From: Acanthaster planci
Taxonomy: Eukaryota
Assembly (NCBI RefSeq): GCF_001949145.1
Contig: NW_019091356.1
Coordinates: 861,660-925,659 of the forward strand
Reading direction: 5' to 3'
Length of the DNA: 64,000 bases
Position 1 is the stretch's first letter. Each line of letters begins with the position of its first letter. The position numbers and the translations under genes are program-made. This document shows, in pieces, positions 25,301-36,800 of this stretch. A model generated the notes under the pieces. It did not search any database. It saw nothing but the letters and a program-made list of their open reading frames with translations, and was not told where the DNA came from.

Positions 25301-25990
25301 AATAACTCGGACGACTTCTATCACTGTGCCTTGGAAAAATCTGCCCGTAGTCGCATGAACGTGGTCTTTCGGATTGGGGGTAAAGACGGCGTTGACGAAC
25401 TGGAAAAGAAATTTGTTGAAGAGTCACAAAAACTTAACATGGTGTCGCTGAAAGGTCACAGGTAAGAACATTTACAATCTCTCCTACCTCAACCAAACCT
25501 TGTTTCTAGTATATAACGGTCAAACTTTGCCCCACGTACCACTTGGGCTGCAGCTCCAAATGTGATAGTTTAGGTGTATGAAATGCATGTTTTGATATTT
25601 CCTTGATCAGTAATTGATGCCTGTGCTTCATGGTCGATTAATTTTCTGTTTGTGATGCACATTTTTGTAAAAAGTCCATATGGATAAAAGATTTAGGATT
25701 TAGGATTTGTTTAGCAAACTGACAAGATATATAACTAAGTGATGATGACAATTAACTTCAGACAGAAATACTTGGAGTTTGAATAGTTTCCGGTGTACCT
25801 TTTGACACAATATTTAAGTATCACCAACAGAATGGAGAAGCCGTTATCATGAATTTATTTTCTTGGTGGCCCTGTTCTGTCGTACAGGTCAGTTGGAGGA
25901 ATGCGTGCTTCGTTGTACAATGCCATCACTGTTCAGGAGGTCAACAAACTGACAGACTTTATGCTGGATTTTATGGCCAGGCACCGATAA
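22372..25990 (+). CDS. PSAT1: Phosphoserine aminotransferase (PLP class V)
   Basis: 9 GT-AG exons: 22372-22428, 22945-23005, 23239-23308, 23448-23644, 23866-23943, 24179-24273, 24623-24792, 25195-25461, 25888-25990 (1098 nt, 365 aa). Motifs [60 protein letters not shown] (PLP lysine), [28 protein letters not shown]. Confidence 0.97.
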
Positions 25991-28900
25991 AGACCCTCGC
26001 CCACAGAACTCTACTTGAACTGTTCAAAGATTTTATATCAACGAGAGGCCAAAGTTCCCCCAAGATGGACATCGAGAAGTTCTTCCAATCCTATCATCAG
26101 CTGTTTCCAATTCATTTGTTTCTCCACTGTTCTACAAGTTTTCTACGTAGCGTACATACTATTAGCATTTGAACAGTGTACTCCTCAGTTTATCAAAACC
26201 CCCCCAAAAAACGTTCAGCAGTTTGCAGCGTGGTATAGAGTCATGAATTGGCTACTCAGAATTCAACAAGAACCCCCCACCCCCATCGAAAATTGTAGTT
26301 GCTACATGATTGAAATGGATCGTCTCTCACTGGTTCATGCATTAACTTTTTTTGGCTGTAACAGTCACAAGACAGTCAAAAATTCCTTCCATTTGGTGTG
26401 CCGCAGTACACAGACACAAAGGGGTTATTTGACTGATAGGACAACTTTGTCAAGATTGCATCTTGGCATAGGAGGCTTGTAAAGAAGAAAAATTTCAACA
26501 ACCAAAGATCATTTGCATTTGTAACTAAAGGTGTAGATCTACCCCCTGTATTTAATGTCATCAATTTCTTTTCGATGTATTTTTGAACGGCCAAAATACA
26601 CTGAAAAATTGTACTTGCAGTTAAAATTTCTTAATTTATTCAAATGCAAGTGTTGCAGTGGACGAAGCTATGTAAGCAGTGATCGCTGACTCACCCAGTG
26701 TTGGTGATGCGATACCTTATGTTCTCGATACAGTCATGTGAGCACCATACATGGTTGGGGCGGTTCCAGTACTTTTCCAATCACTCCGGTATTGGATGAT
26801 AACCAGGCCAAATAGCAGCCTGGAGCTAGCCAGGTTCCTGCGAGTTGTTGAACTCCGACCTTCCGGGACTGTGCTTTCCCTAGATCTGTCTCTTGCTACC
26901 GGGGCAGTTAGTGTTGCATTTGTGCATTATCAGTCAGTGCTCATACTTGGGGCGTCTTGTAAATAAAAGGTCACCCACTTTTATTTAGTATAAAAACGGC
27001 TTATGTTTTTAAACACGGTAGAGATAAGATGCTTTACGAATTGAGAACCGAACAAAGAAAGGATGGTAATGCTAATTGTATTCTACTCTTCTCACCCCAT
27101 GGAAAACACCAGAGACAAATCAGTTGTGTAGATGTGAAAATGGCAAAATAGTACAGAATTGTAGCCAAAACGGAAACATCACCCACATTAATATGTACAT
27201 ATAGTCGTCGGACCTCAAACCTATTTTACAAGACAAGAATTTATGCACGGTGCCTATAAAACTTGGAAAAGTGCCATAACCTTTGTATTAACCAGATATT
27301 GGACTATATACTGGTGTGTCGAGTGATCCGGTAAAGGGGAACTCAAATATTGTACTTGATTCCAGTCCAGTCACAATGTTCTCGGTTGCTTTGACGCAAG
27401 TGTGAGTTTTCTGTAATAACTTGTTGAGCACTGTAAGAACCTGTTTGAAAATGTGGCTGTCATGATATTTTTAAAAAGTATTTGTGTATTATGTTATGTA
27501 CATAATTCAATGAATGTACATTGTGGATGCTTTGTTGATTAGCAGGTGTGCTGGCTGGTATTTGTTAACAAGCCAAAAGGGTTTTTACTTAGGCTTGCGG
27601 GTCAAATGGCAAAAATTTCATGCTTGCTATCGATAAATCAGCGTGGCTGAAGGTTTGAGGTTTACATATATACAGCAGTTTTGTGAAATTCTAACTTGAA
27701 AAACAACAAACAGTTACTGCTGCTTCTAACTTACATAAGAATTTTGTACGCAAAATATGCTGCATGAAGTTTGCCATATTTTACAAGTTGATTCTAATAA
27801 CTATTGGATGTGAGATGTGCTTTTTGATCCAAGCTGATCTTTTAAAAAGTAGCATCTTTCTATTTACAGCTATCGTGAAATTTGAAAAAGAGTAACATAA
27901 TATCTGCCACAATCAAATTGTGATTTTAATATTTTGTTTCAGTCGATGTATTCTTGAATGTAAAAGATGTTCTATTTTTGGAAATATGGAGACGCGAATA
28001 TTGCGTTGCTTGAAAGTTATTGTTGCAGGTGGCTTTGTATCTGGTTAGTTAACGTCGGTAGACACATTTTGCTTTAATTTGATTTGAACTAATTAATTTG
28101 ATTTTGGACATGTTTTTAGATCTATACATTTAAAACTCATCAAATGGTGGAAATGAAAAAGTCTGATTTAATTAACCTGTTTGACCTGCACGCGTGTGGC
28201 AGCTCAGAGTATTTTCTATTCAGTGTAAAAAATTACCCTAAAATGTGGCATGATTTTGATGCGCACAAAAATATATGAAAACTATCGCAGAACCTCAACA
28301 CTAATTGTTGAGTTATCACGAACCGACGCCTCTAACATCTACTTGTACATTGAAAGGTTCCACAACCTTTTCCAGGGTATAGGGCTTTTTCCCAGGCGTC
28401 TGACCTTCAGCTGAAATAGCCGTTTAGTGAGTTGACACATTGCACTACTTAGCAACTGCTATCGTTATTTGTATTTGTGCTAAGCCTATCGCTTTTTTAT
28501 CGAAAAGATGGTTAATCACGATTCAGATGGATTTAAATCGATAAAAAGTTGGTTTGCGTAAAGGTAGGGGTTTGTTCAAACGACTAAGAACGAGCATGTT
28601 GCAATGTCCGTGTACTTCGTACAAACGTTTTGAGTTTCAGTATGCAGTATTATAGAAACGAGGAAACATTGTGAAAACTTGACATTTTTATTTTATCGGT
28701 GGGTCATAACTGTTTATAAAAAGTTTCAATAGAATGTGAAAACCTGATAAAATAGTTTCCTGTGTATGTCATGACATTGCGTCCCCGTATACGAGTCATC
28801 TCTTTATAAGACTTTGAAGACGACGGTACATGACATAATATGTACATTCATGTAATAATTTTATGGGAAATAAGGCGTCCCAAGAAATATTTACCCCACC

Positions 28901-30083
28901 CCCTGGTTCTAAAACCGTCCTTGAATTAGTTTGGATGTCCTACGCCTGTTTCCTGTTCACATTTATATACATGTAAATACTACAGTTTAAAGTTCATAAA
29001 ATCCAAACTGCTACACCTCTGAAAAGTTCTAGTTGTCGATGAAATAACTATAAAGCGCTTCTCGATGCTTTGAAGTTCCTTGAAATTTGTTCGAAGTTTC
29101 TGTCTCGCTACAGGAGTAATTCAACCAGCGCCCACAGAATTTCATCAAATTAGTCATCAAAATCATTTTTGTCCTGATTAATGTTGTAAGATCTTATCGA
29201 CTCATAAAATTCACATGCTATTATGTCGACTATAGCGTGATATTTCGGTGTTGATGAAAACCGGCTGACCTCACAGCGTGACGTGACGGTCTTGTTCTCA
29301 GCATGTTGACTTCAACGAAGTTTTTTTCGCTAGTGGAGCTTTGTCACACCATGGAACTGTGTTAAATTGCTCGATGGAAACACAAACCACGTTCTCCCAC
29401 TGAGCTTTACAGTTCGTCCATTGATTTGGTTCATTGTGCAGTAAAAAATACATGTATGCTTCACGAATTTCAGTTGCAACTCCCGATTTCTACGAGCGTT
29501 TGCATTCTGGTGATCAACACGTACAGTATATACTTTCACTTAATAAAAGACGACCCCAAAATTGAAGACCATTAAGAAATTGTACCACCTCAATCTGTTA
29601 TCCCACCTAAACTCTCTCATTTTATTTTTATTGAAATTGAGTTGTTCAAAAATTAGACGATTTTTAATTCAATTTCAGATGACGATCGGAGTTATTTACA
29701 CCCGTTAGAATTACGATGTGCTGGGTTGTATGGCTCTTTCTAAAACCCCTGCTGTGTTACTTTGAATGGCCTTCGCTAGCTTCCTGATTTTAGAATTTAA
29801 CCTCTCGATTTGGAGAATTTTAGCTCAATACAGATCTCCTTTAAACTGTAGGAACATTAAATTGTGAAATATAGAGCCACGGTTTTTAGCGTTTTTGTTT
29901 GGTTTGAGCAGTAAAGCTCGACAAATATAGATGGGTAAAAAGCACTCTTTACGAAGCCGTAATTATTTTGAGAAACAGCATTGGGAGTTGAACAAGCGCC
30001 CTCAATTGTCTTGATTTAGCAAATCGTCAGTTCTATACAAACTTGACTGTAAGTTAGTGTTTGGTTTGGGATTTCGTCGCAAG

Positions 30084-32871
30084 ATGTCAGAGGAAAGTAT
30101 GCTGGTGTCATTAATTGACTGTGTAAATTTTGCTGCAATGAAGCACTCGAAACAGAGAAGAAAAGATCCCGAAAAGACGCCGTATATCAACCATCCCATT
30201 GGTGAGACTGAGTGAGAGAATAAACAATTGTCTTGACCGCTGACGTTAACTGGTTAAGGTTGGATTACACACCTGCGCACGTTGCGTTGATCATGTGTCG
30301 ATAAAGTAAAGTAAAATGTTTGGCTAGTACCGATAGATGAAACATCTATGCGGGCTGAGTAAATGTCACCAAGTTTATGATGATTATATCCTCACAAAAG
30401 AAGCTCAAAAGGTAGACCTACTATCACCACTAAGCGTATTTCAACAGTTTACAGTCACTGCTATGACGATCCCATCCAAAATCGTAAAAGAGGAATACTA
30501 ACGCTACACTAACTTCGCCCCATCCTCACGTCGGCCCATCTCCACTTCGCCCCATCCCCACTTCCCCATTTCCACTTTGTCGTCTGTTTTGAGTGTGTTA
30601 CAGGCCTCTTACAAAAATGATTGAGGAGTTCTGCTAACGACATGAAACAACATGTAGTTATTATAAGAAAACTCTACGGCATTAAATTAATGTCACCTGC
30701 GTTGTCCTTTATGGTGAATTAATGCATACGGTTGGACTAGCATCAGGGTTATTTCTCATCCTCTTCAAGTTTATTTCAAAGCGACACACACAATTCTGTT
30801 CACATCCTTCTGGTAATTGTCGATGCATCCAGACAGCGGTACCCGGGCGATCAGATAAAGCTCAGTGCGCAGGAAATTTGGTGGAAACACGCTCGCTTCA
30901 AGTACGAGCAAAACAACCTAAAATTGATGAAATAAATAAATACACACGTAGACAAGATTCTAAGAATTAATGTGAAGAAATCTTGCAAGCATTGATTTTT
31001 TTTCGATGCGAGATGGATCAGGTACACGAACGGTCGCCGTGGCATGAATAGACTGGTCACCACACTCCATCACGCATTCTCTTACAAGGGTGCGGCGCGC
31101 TTTGTGCTCGTGTTTTTACCACAGTGACAACAAAACACAAAGAAAACTTTTTTTCTAACTTGCCAATAAAAATTTTAGGGCCTTGCCAAATAATTTGGGT
31201 CCGGCGGTCGGGTAATCGGAATCATTGTTTAGGCCTTTGAATGTGGGATTATCTGATCATTATTTGGGTACTCAAACGTCGATGTTTTACTCATTGCATC
31301 TAGGCCTACTGAAGAACAGAATGAACGATATTCAATGGGGCGAAGTGGAAGTGGGACGAAGTGACCGACACCCATTTCAACAAGCAGAGATATTTTTGTG
31401 CTCTTTTGGGGACTTATTACATGTCCTAGGAAATTAAACAGATTGTCATATTTAAAACTTTCAGGTGTGGCGAGAATCCTTGCGAAGGAGGGAGGGATTT
31501 CTGATCTAGCTACCTTACAGGTATGGTGAGTTGATTTTAGAAATGATAAGAATGAGATTCCTAATATTTCCCCGACTTTACTAAACCTGATGATACCTTC
31601 AAATAAGTACCCACCTCAAGAAAATCTTTTTAAACTTTATTTCCCCCCCCCCCATTCCTCTAAAGTGAATGCACTGTATGGAGCAGCGCAGATAGGCGGG
31701 AGTTTTACAAAATGGCGGGTAGCAACCATATCGCACCAATGAAAACAACTGCAACGAGTGCGCGTGTTGGACTGATCAAAGAAAAGATTGTTGCTGTTTT
31801 CATCGGCGGGGTACCTGCCATTTTGCAACTGCAACGAGTGCGCGTGTTGGACTGATCAAAGAAAAGATTGTTGCTGTTTTCATCGGCGGGGTACCTGCCA
31901 TTTTGCAACTGCAACGAGTGCGTGTGTTGGACTGATCAAAGAAAAGATTGTTGCTGTTTTCATCGGCGGGGTACCTGCCATTTTGCAAGAATCCCAGATG
32001 TCCGTGCTGCCCCATATATAGCTTTTATAATGACCCTAAAAGAAATCCAAATTTTAATATTTTAATAATTATAAAATGTGAATGAGTTTTGTGGTTGATT
32101 TTGTATCGATATAAATTAATAGATAATAACGATAAGTGAATATTAATTTAGGTGGAGGTTGAATCTGGATCCTTGTGTAGGCACATTAGGCACACGTAGT
32201 AAAGAAGTGTTGGACTTGAAATAGCATTTAGTTTTGTCAATTTGTGTATGCTATAAAGTCTTTCTTTCAATAAAAGTACAAGCAAACTGTTGCATAGTAA
32301 AGGTTTAGTTTTTCCTTTGTTTCAAGGATTTTATCACTAGCTCAGGTGTCACGAATTTAAGTAGTGAACTAGGAATAAGGACTTGGAGAAATTTGCTCAG
32401 AAGATACACTCTTTGCCTTGACTATAGGATTGGAGGGGATAATATTTTGTAGATGCACTTATCTCTGGACACTGTGATCCAATTTCTCAGGCTGCTGTTC
32501 TTCATGACACTGTGGAGGACACGGACACCACCTTTGAGGAGATCGAGGTGCACTTTGGCAAAGAAGTGCGCGACATCGTGGCAGATGTCACGGACGACAA
32601 GACCCTTCACTGGCAGACGCGTAAGGACCTCCAGGTCACCAACTCACCCTTCATCTGCCCCAAGGCAAAGCTGGTCAAGCTGGCCGACAAATTGTACAAC
32701 CTGCGAGATCTCGAGAGAAGCAACCCGGTGGGCTGGACCAAGGAGAGAGTACAGACCTACTTTGAGTGGTCGGCCAAAGTGATCAACGGTATCCGGGGCA
32801 CTAATGAGAACCTAGAGAAGGAACTCGACAAACTCTTCAAGAAGCGAGATGTTTTCCCAGATGGCATTTAA
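30084..32871 (+). CDS. HDDC3: HD domain-containing protein 3 / MESH1 (metazoan SpoT homolog; ppGpp hydrolase / NADPH phosphatase family)
   Basis: Exons 30084-30201, 31465-31520 and 32491-32871 (555 nt, 184 aa). Motifs [74 protein letters not shown]. Confidence 0.96.
30512..31366. mobile_element. Degenerate non-autonomous DNA element with inverted subterminal repeat arrays in HDDC3 intron 1
   Basis: Tandem acttcgccccat-like units at 30512-30578. tccacttcgccccat (30541-30555) is the exact reverse complement of atggggcgaagtgga (31335-31349), which is followed by gtgggacgaagtgacc. Confidence 0.55.
31677..32016. mobile_element. MITE-like element with 45-bp imperfect TIRs in HDDC3 intron 2
   Basis: 31677-31721 versus the reverse complement of 31972-32016: 34/45 identical without gaps by manual alignment. 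Confidence 0.65.
31746..31988. repeat. 80-bp tandem repeat, 3 copies
   Basis: Units start at 31746, 31826 and 31906 (caactgcaacgagtgcgcgtgttgg...gtacctgccattttg); identical except one C>T in unit 3. Confidence 0.97.
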
Positions 32872-33689
32872 ATTTGCTGTTTTTGTGACCATATCTGTGT
32901 GCCTCATTAACATTTAAATTAATTTTGAGTCACATTCCTTGACGCACAACTTTTGTCGATGAGAAATTTTGTTTTCCATTTACATATCATGTAATATGGA
33001 CTGAGAAATATTTTCATTCAACTGACACAAGGCTTTCGTGTGAAGAATTAAGATGAGCAAACAGGCAAAAGATATAAAAAAAATACCCTAGCAAGCACAT
33101 AAAATATAAAAAAAAATATTTTTTTATATTAAAATAGCTTAAATATGGCTGCAATATTTTTATATTTTTTGGTGAATTCCTTTAGGTTTTTAGAGTGGTG
33201 ATTTTAATGACTGTTAATGTGATAGGTTTTTGCTGTGTAAGCCATTTTTAATGGCTTATTTTAATAATATACATGTATTGCTCATCATGAATATGTGATA
33301 AAGGCTACTAAGAAGCAAGATGCATCAGATTTACCAGTAATTTTATACCCTGCTGTGTGCATGCTTTTTTGACTAGTTTCATTTGAAAATGAATTAGGAA
33401 TTCAACTTTTTTTACTTGATCGAAATAGTGTTTATTTTATGAAATATGGCAGTAGGTTGGGGTAATTATTGGTTGCCTTGGAAATGTTGCAAGAGTGAAC
33501 GACCTTTTTAGGTTTTTTCCGAGATGACAAATTTTTCAAACTTTGGATGTGGTGAACTTCCGGCTGAGGTTGGGACATACAAATGTTGAATCTTGTTTCT
33601 TTACTAGTACTGAAAAGAAAAAATCAAGGCCATGAAAATTATGCCATGAAACACGCTTAAGAATTTCTTCAGTAATCGGGTAGTTTATT

Positions 33690-33873
33690 TGTGAAGGACA
33701 TTTTTGTCCCTCGGCCGGTTGGTTCTGTTCCCGTCTCTCCGGCTCCGGCGAGAAACTGTAATGCTGACCCCTTGCACTTGATACGTCCTGTATTCATGAT
33801 AGCGCCCTCTCTGGATATTCTGTTTATTGGGCTGGGCACGCGTGATTGTGGTGTAGGAGTCCGATGTTCGCAG
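33690..33873 (+). other. Candidate distal first exon / promoter of the coronin gene
   Basis: CpG-rich patch ending in a consensus donor CAG|GTGAGT at 33873. An ATG at 33796 is phase 0 and in frame with the coronin exon at 49263. The 5' boundary is approximate. Confidence 0.45.
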
Positions 33874-36800
33874 GTGAGTTCCGTCTTTCCCCGGAATGGT
33901 CTGAATTCTTCTGCGTTATCAGCACCGTTGATCTCAATTTTATGAAGGATCAGGGGGTACACGGAACCTACTACACGGCCTAGTGGTGGACACTTCAACT
34001 GGAAGCTCCACGCCATAAAAACGAAACACTTTGTTGGCGAGTCGTCTTGAAGTAGGCCCACTGAATCATTGAATGAATCGCACAGGTGGTCTGTCGTTAA
34101 GATCTGCGCCTAATACAGTCCGCAATTTGTCTCTTTGCTGTAAATTACGGTGCACAGCAGGTGGTTAGGCTGACGAAAAACGTAGAGGAATATCAAGATT
34201 ACTTTCTGAAATTGTAGCAGCATTTACTATTGTGGTGAGTATATACCGATGCCGCCCATCAATTTCAGTGGTAGTGCATCCTTTATGCGTGCATCTGATT
34301 TCTTTTTCACTTTTCAGGGCCTTCTGATCAAATTGATGCCATTCGAAATGTTGAACACAAAGTACACATATGCTTAGGCTTACTTGGTCCTATTGTCAGT
34401 TTGCTTATGAAGTGAAGTCATGATGATAATTTGCACAAATTCAACTACAGAACAATTTGAGGGAAATTTATTAATTCTGCCGGTTTGAGCCTTTGAAAAT
34501 TAATTTGTTTGGTATGACCTGGGGTTGTGTACGTTTAGCAATGATGTACTAACTCAGCTGGGTGTGGGGTATCTTAGATGAAACCCCCAAAAAGAAATTA
34601 CTTTAACTGTGGATAAAATTGCTTGGGATGCATGGTTAGAAGTGTCTTAGGGTGTAAAGAGCTTCTCAGATCTCCCCTGTGTTGCTTGTACATATCATAT
34701 GTATGTGCAGTGAACCAAATCTTTAAATTGTTTCCTTCCTTTACCAGCATGATCAGCCTGCAGGCTTACATTGATTAGAATATCCTTTCACACACTGCAA
34801 CTGGGCCATGTCAGCCTTACAATGTAACGTTAGATTTCACTCACTGTCCCTCCTACCCACACTGCCACTCCCACACATGAGTGTTTTTCTCTTGACATTT
34901 GAAGTTATTTTGGAGAGAGCACTGCATTATTCTTTTGGATTCTTGACTCGAGGCCAAAGAACCATTCAGTAATAGCTGATGCATGGGCAGTAGTTAAATG
35001 CCTTAAAAAGAAAGCATGCATTATAACGTTACATTAGTGTCAATGCGAATCACGAAAGTAGAAGAGTTGGGGAAAATCCCTAAGAATATTGGGCTTTATG
35101 GCGCTTCCTGCCCTCTCAGCTTTTTGTCTTAAATAACTTGATGTCACTTGCAGCTAGGAGAGTTTGTGTTACATGTAGTTTTGATATTGATGACACTGTC
35201 GGAACCTTTTGCACTGAGGTATAGTCTGGCTTACTGTTGTTTACATTGAACTCATAATGTGACAGGTTTGTTCCTCTCATCAAATGTATTGCCTTCATAG
35301 TTCATGAACACCTGTAATGTTTTTATATTTTTGAGTGCCGCAGTGACACATGTTGTTCATAGAATCACATTAGCGGCAACTATTAAATTCCAACACTATA
35401 ATTAAGGAGAAGAGAATTTGAATGGATTTTTATCCTAATACCCAGTAAATAAATGAAATACGTGTTGAAAACTACATGATAAACAAAACGTCTTTTTCAA
35501 AAAAAGGTCCATGAATTCTCTGAATGAAAATGATAGAAAATGTACTTCTCACGGTTCCAAATGCTTTCAGCCAGTCGTTCTATTCTTTAGAATATGTATC
35601 TCTGCCAACATCACTTTGAGGGTGAAATAAAAAAAAAAGAGTTTAGTTTTTATTTGTCCATCTGATGTATTATAAGAATGACCCAGATTTGTCTGATGTA
35701 CAACTCTGTCACCAGCTTCAGGCATAAGGGGGGGGGACCACATCACAAGAACCAAATAGGTCTATATTTGTATGCTTAAGGTTTTACTGATGGTGGAAGG
35801 GGCAGCTTCCTGCTAGGGTGGCCTAGCCCCCATGGGGCCCCCCTTGGCAACGGCCCGCTGATGTACATGTAGCATAGTATGCCAGGCTATTAATGGTTTC
35901 AGCCTTTCCTCTCTGCTGTGGTGCTGTTAATGGTCAGACCAATTTTTTTCTGCACCATCTTTGCACCAAGCGGACATCGCACTCAATGTAGCAAAGCAAA
36001 GCGACCCGTGTGTCTATCCACACCTAGTAGATGCAGCATTCCCTCATTATGCGACTGCAGCAATAAATCCAGTCGAGGGTGTCAGGCGAGTGGCTGCGAT
36101 CGTGCCCAGGACCTTAACATGTGTCTTGCCTGCCAACAGTGTCACAGCTCCTGGATCCATTAACGTCAGGGGGAAACATTGATAAGCAATGTTTTGACCC
36201 TGAGCACACCCTTCAAGAAGGTCATACAATTCATTAACGCAACCATTGCAGTGGAGACAATAGAGGGCTGTAGCTGCATGCTAATGATCCCATCATAAAA
36301 AAATCCACAGTGAGAATATTTAATTATCACTGACAGTTGGTATGTGCTTGGTGGTTTGAATAAGGATGTGAGTTGCTAATTCCATTTCACAACATGTAAT
36401 TCTTTGTTAATTCGTTTATGTTTCAGTATGGGGATACCTTGCTCAAAACGATGTGCAAGGAAGAATCTCACTGTAGAAGACTCTTCATGAATTGTCAGAT
36501 TGACCACAACAAAATGTATGTGTTTGGCATGGACCTGCAGTGGTTTTTTTTCTGGTAGATTTCCATACCATATATGGTAACAAGTAACAACAGCAATCTT
36601 TACAATCAAGTAAAAGCATCCATCTTCATTCAATGCAACTGCAACCCCGACTTGGTCCACTTGGAGTGATCTGCTTCTCTCTAGTACACTCCTGGTGAAG
36701 TGTTACAGAATCCTGACATCCCAGGTCGTCCCACAAAAGCAAAGGATTAGTTACAGTATGAGATTTCATGCAGAGCAACTTCAACTTTAAAAGTCGCCTT

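Noticed and set aside
26690..26940. GC-richer block downstream of PSAT1 with a minus-strand gtgagt donor
   Set aside because: All three minus frames hit stops and no homology was recognised; probably 3' UTR or a repeat fragment.
31637..32065. Repeated ORFs ([13 protein letters not shown]..., [12 protein letters not shown]...) and a possible CRISPR-like array
   Set aside because: Artefacts of an 80-bp tandem repeat with no unique spacers, inside a eukaryotic intron.
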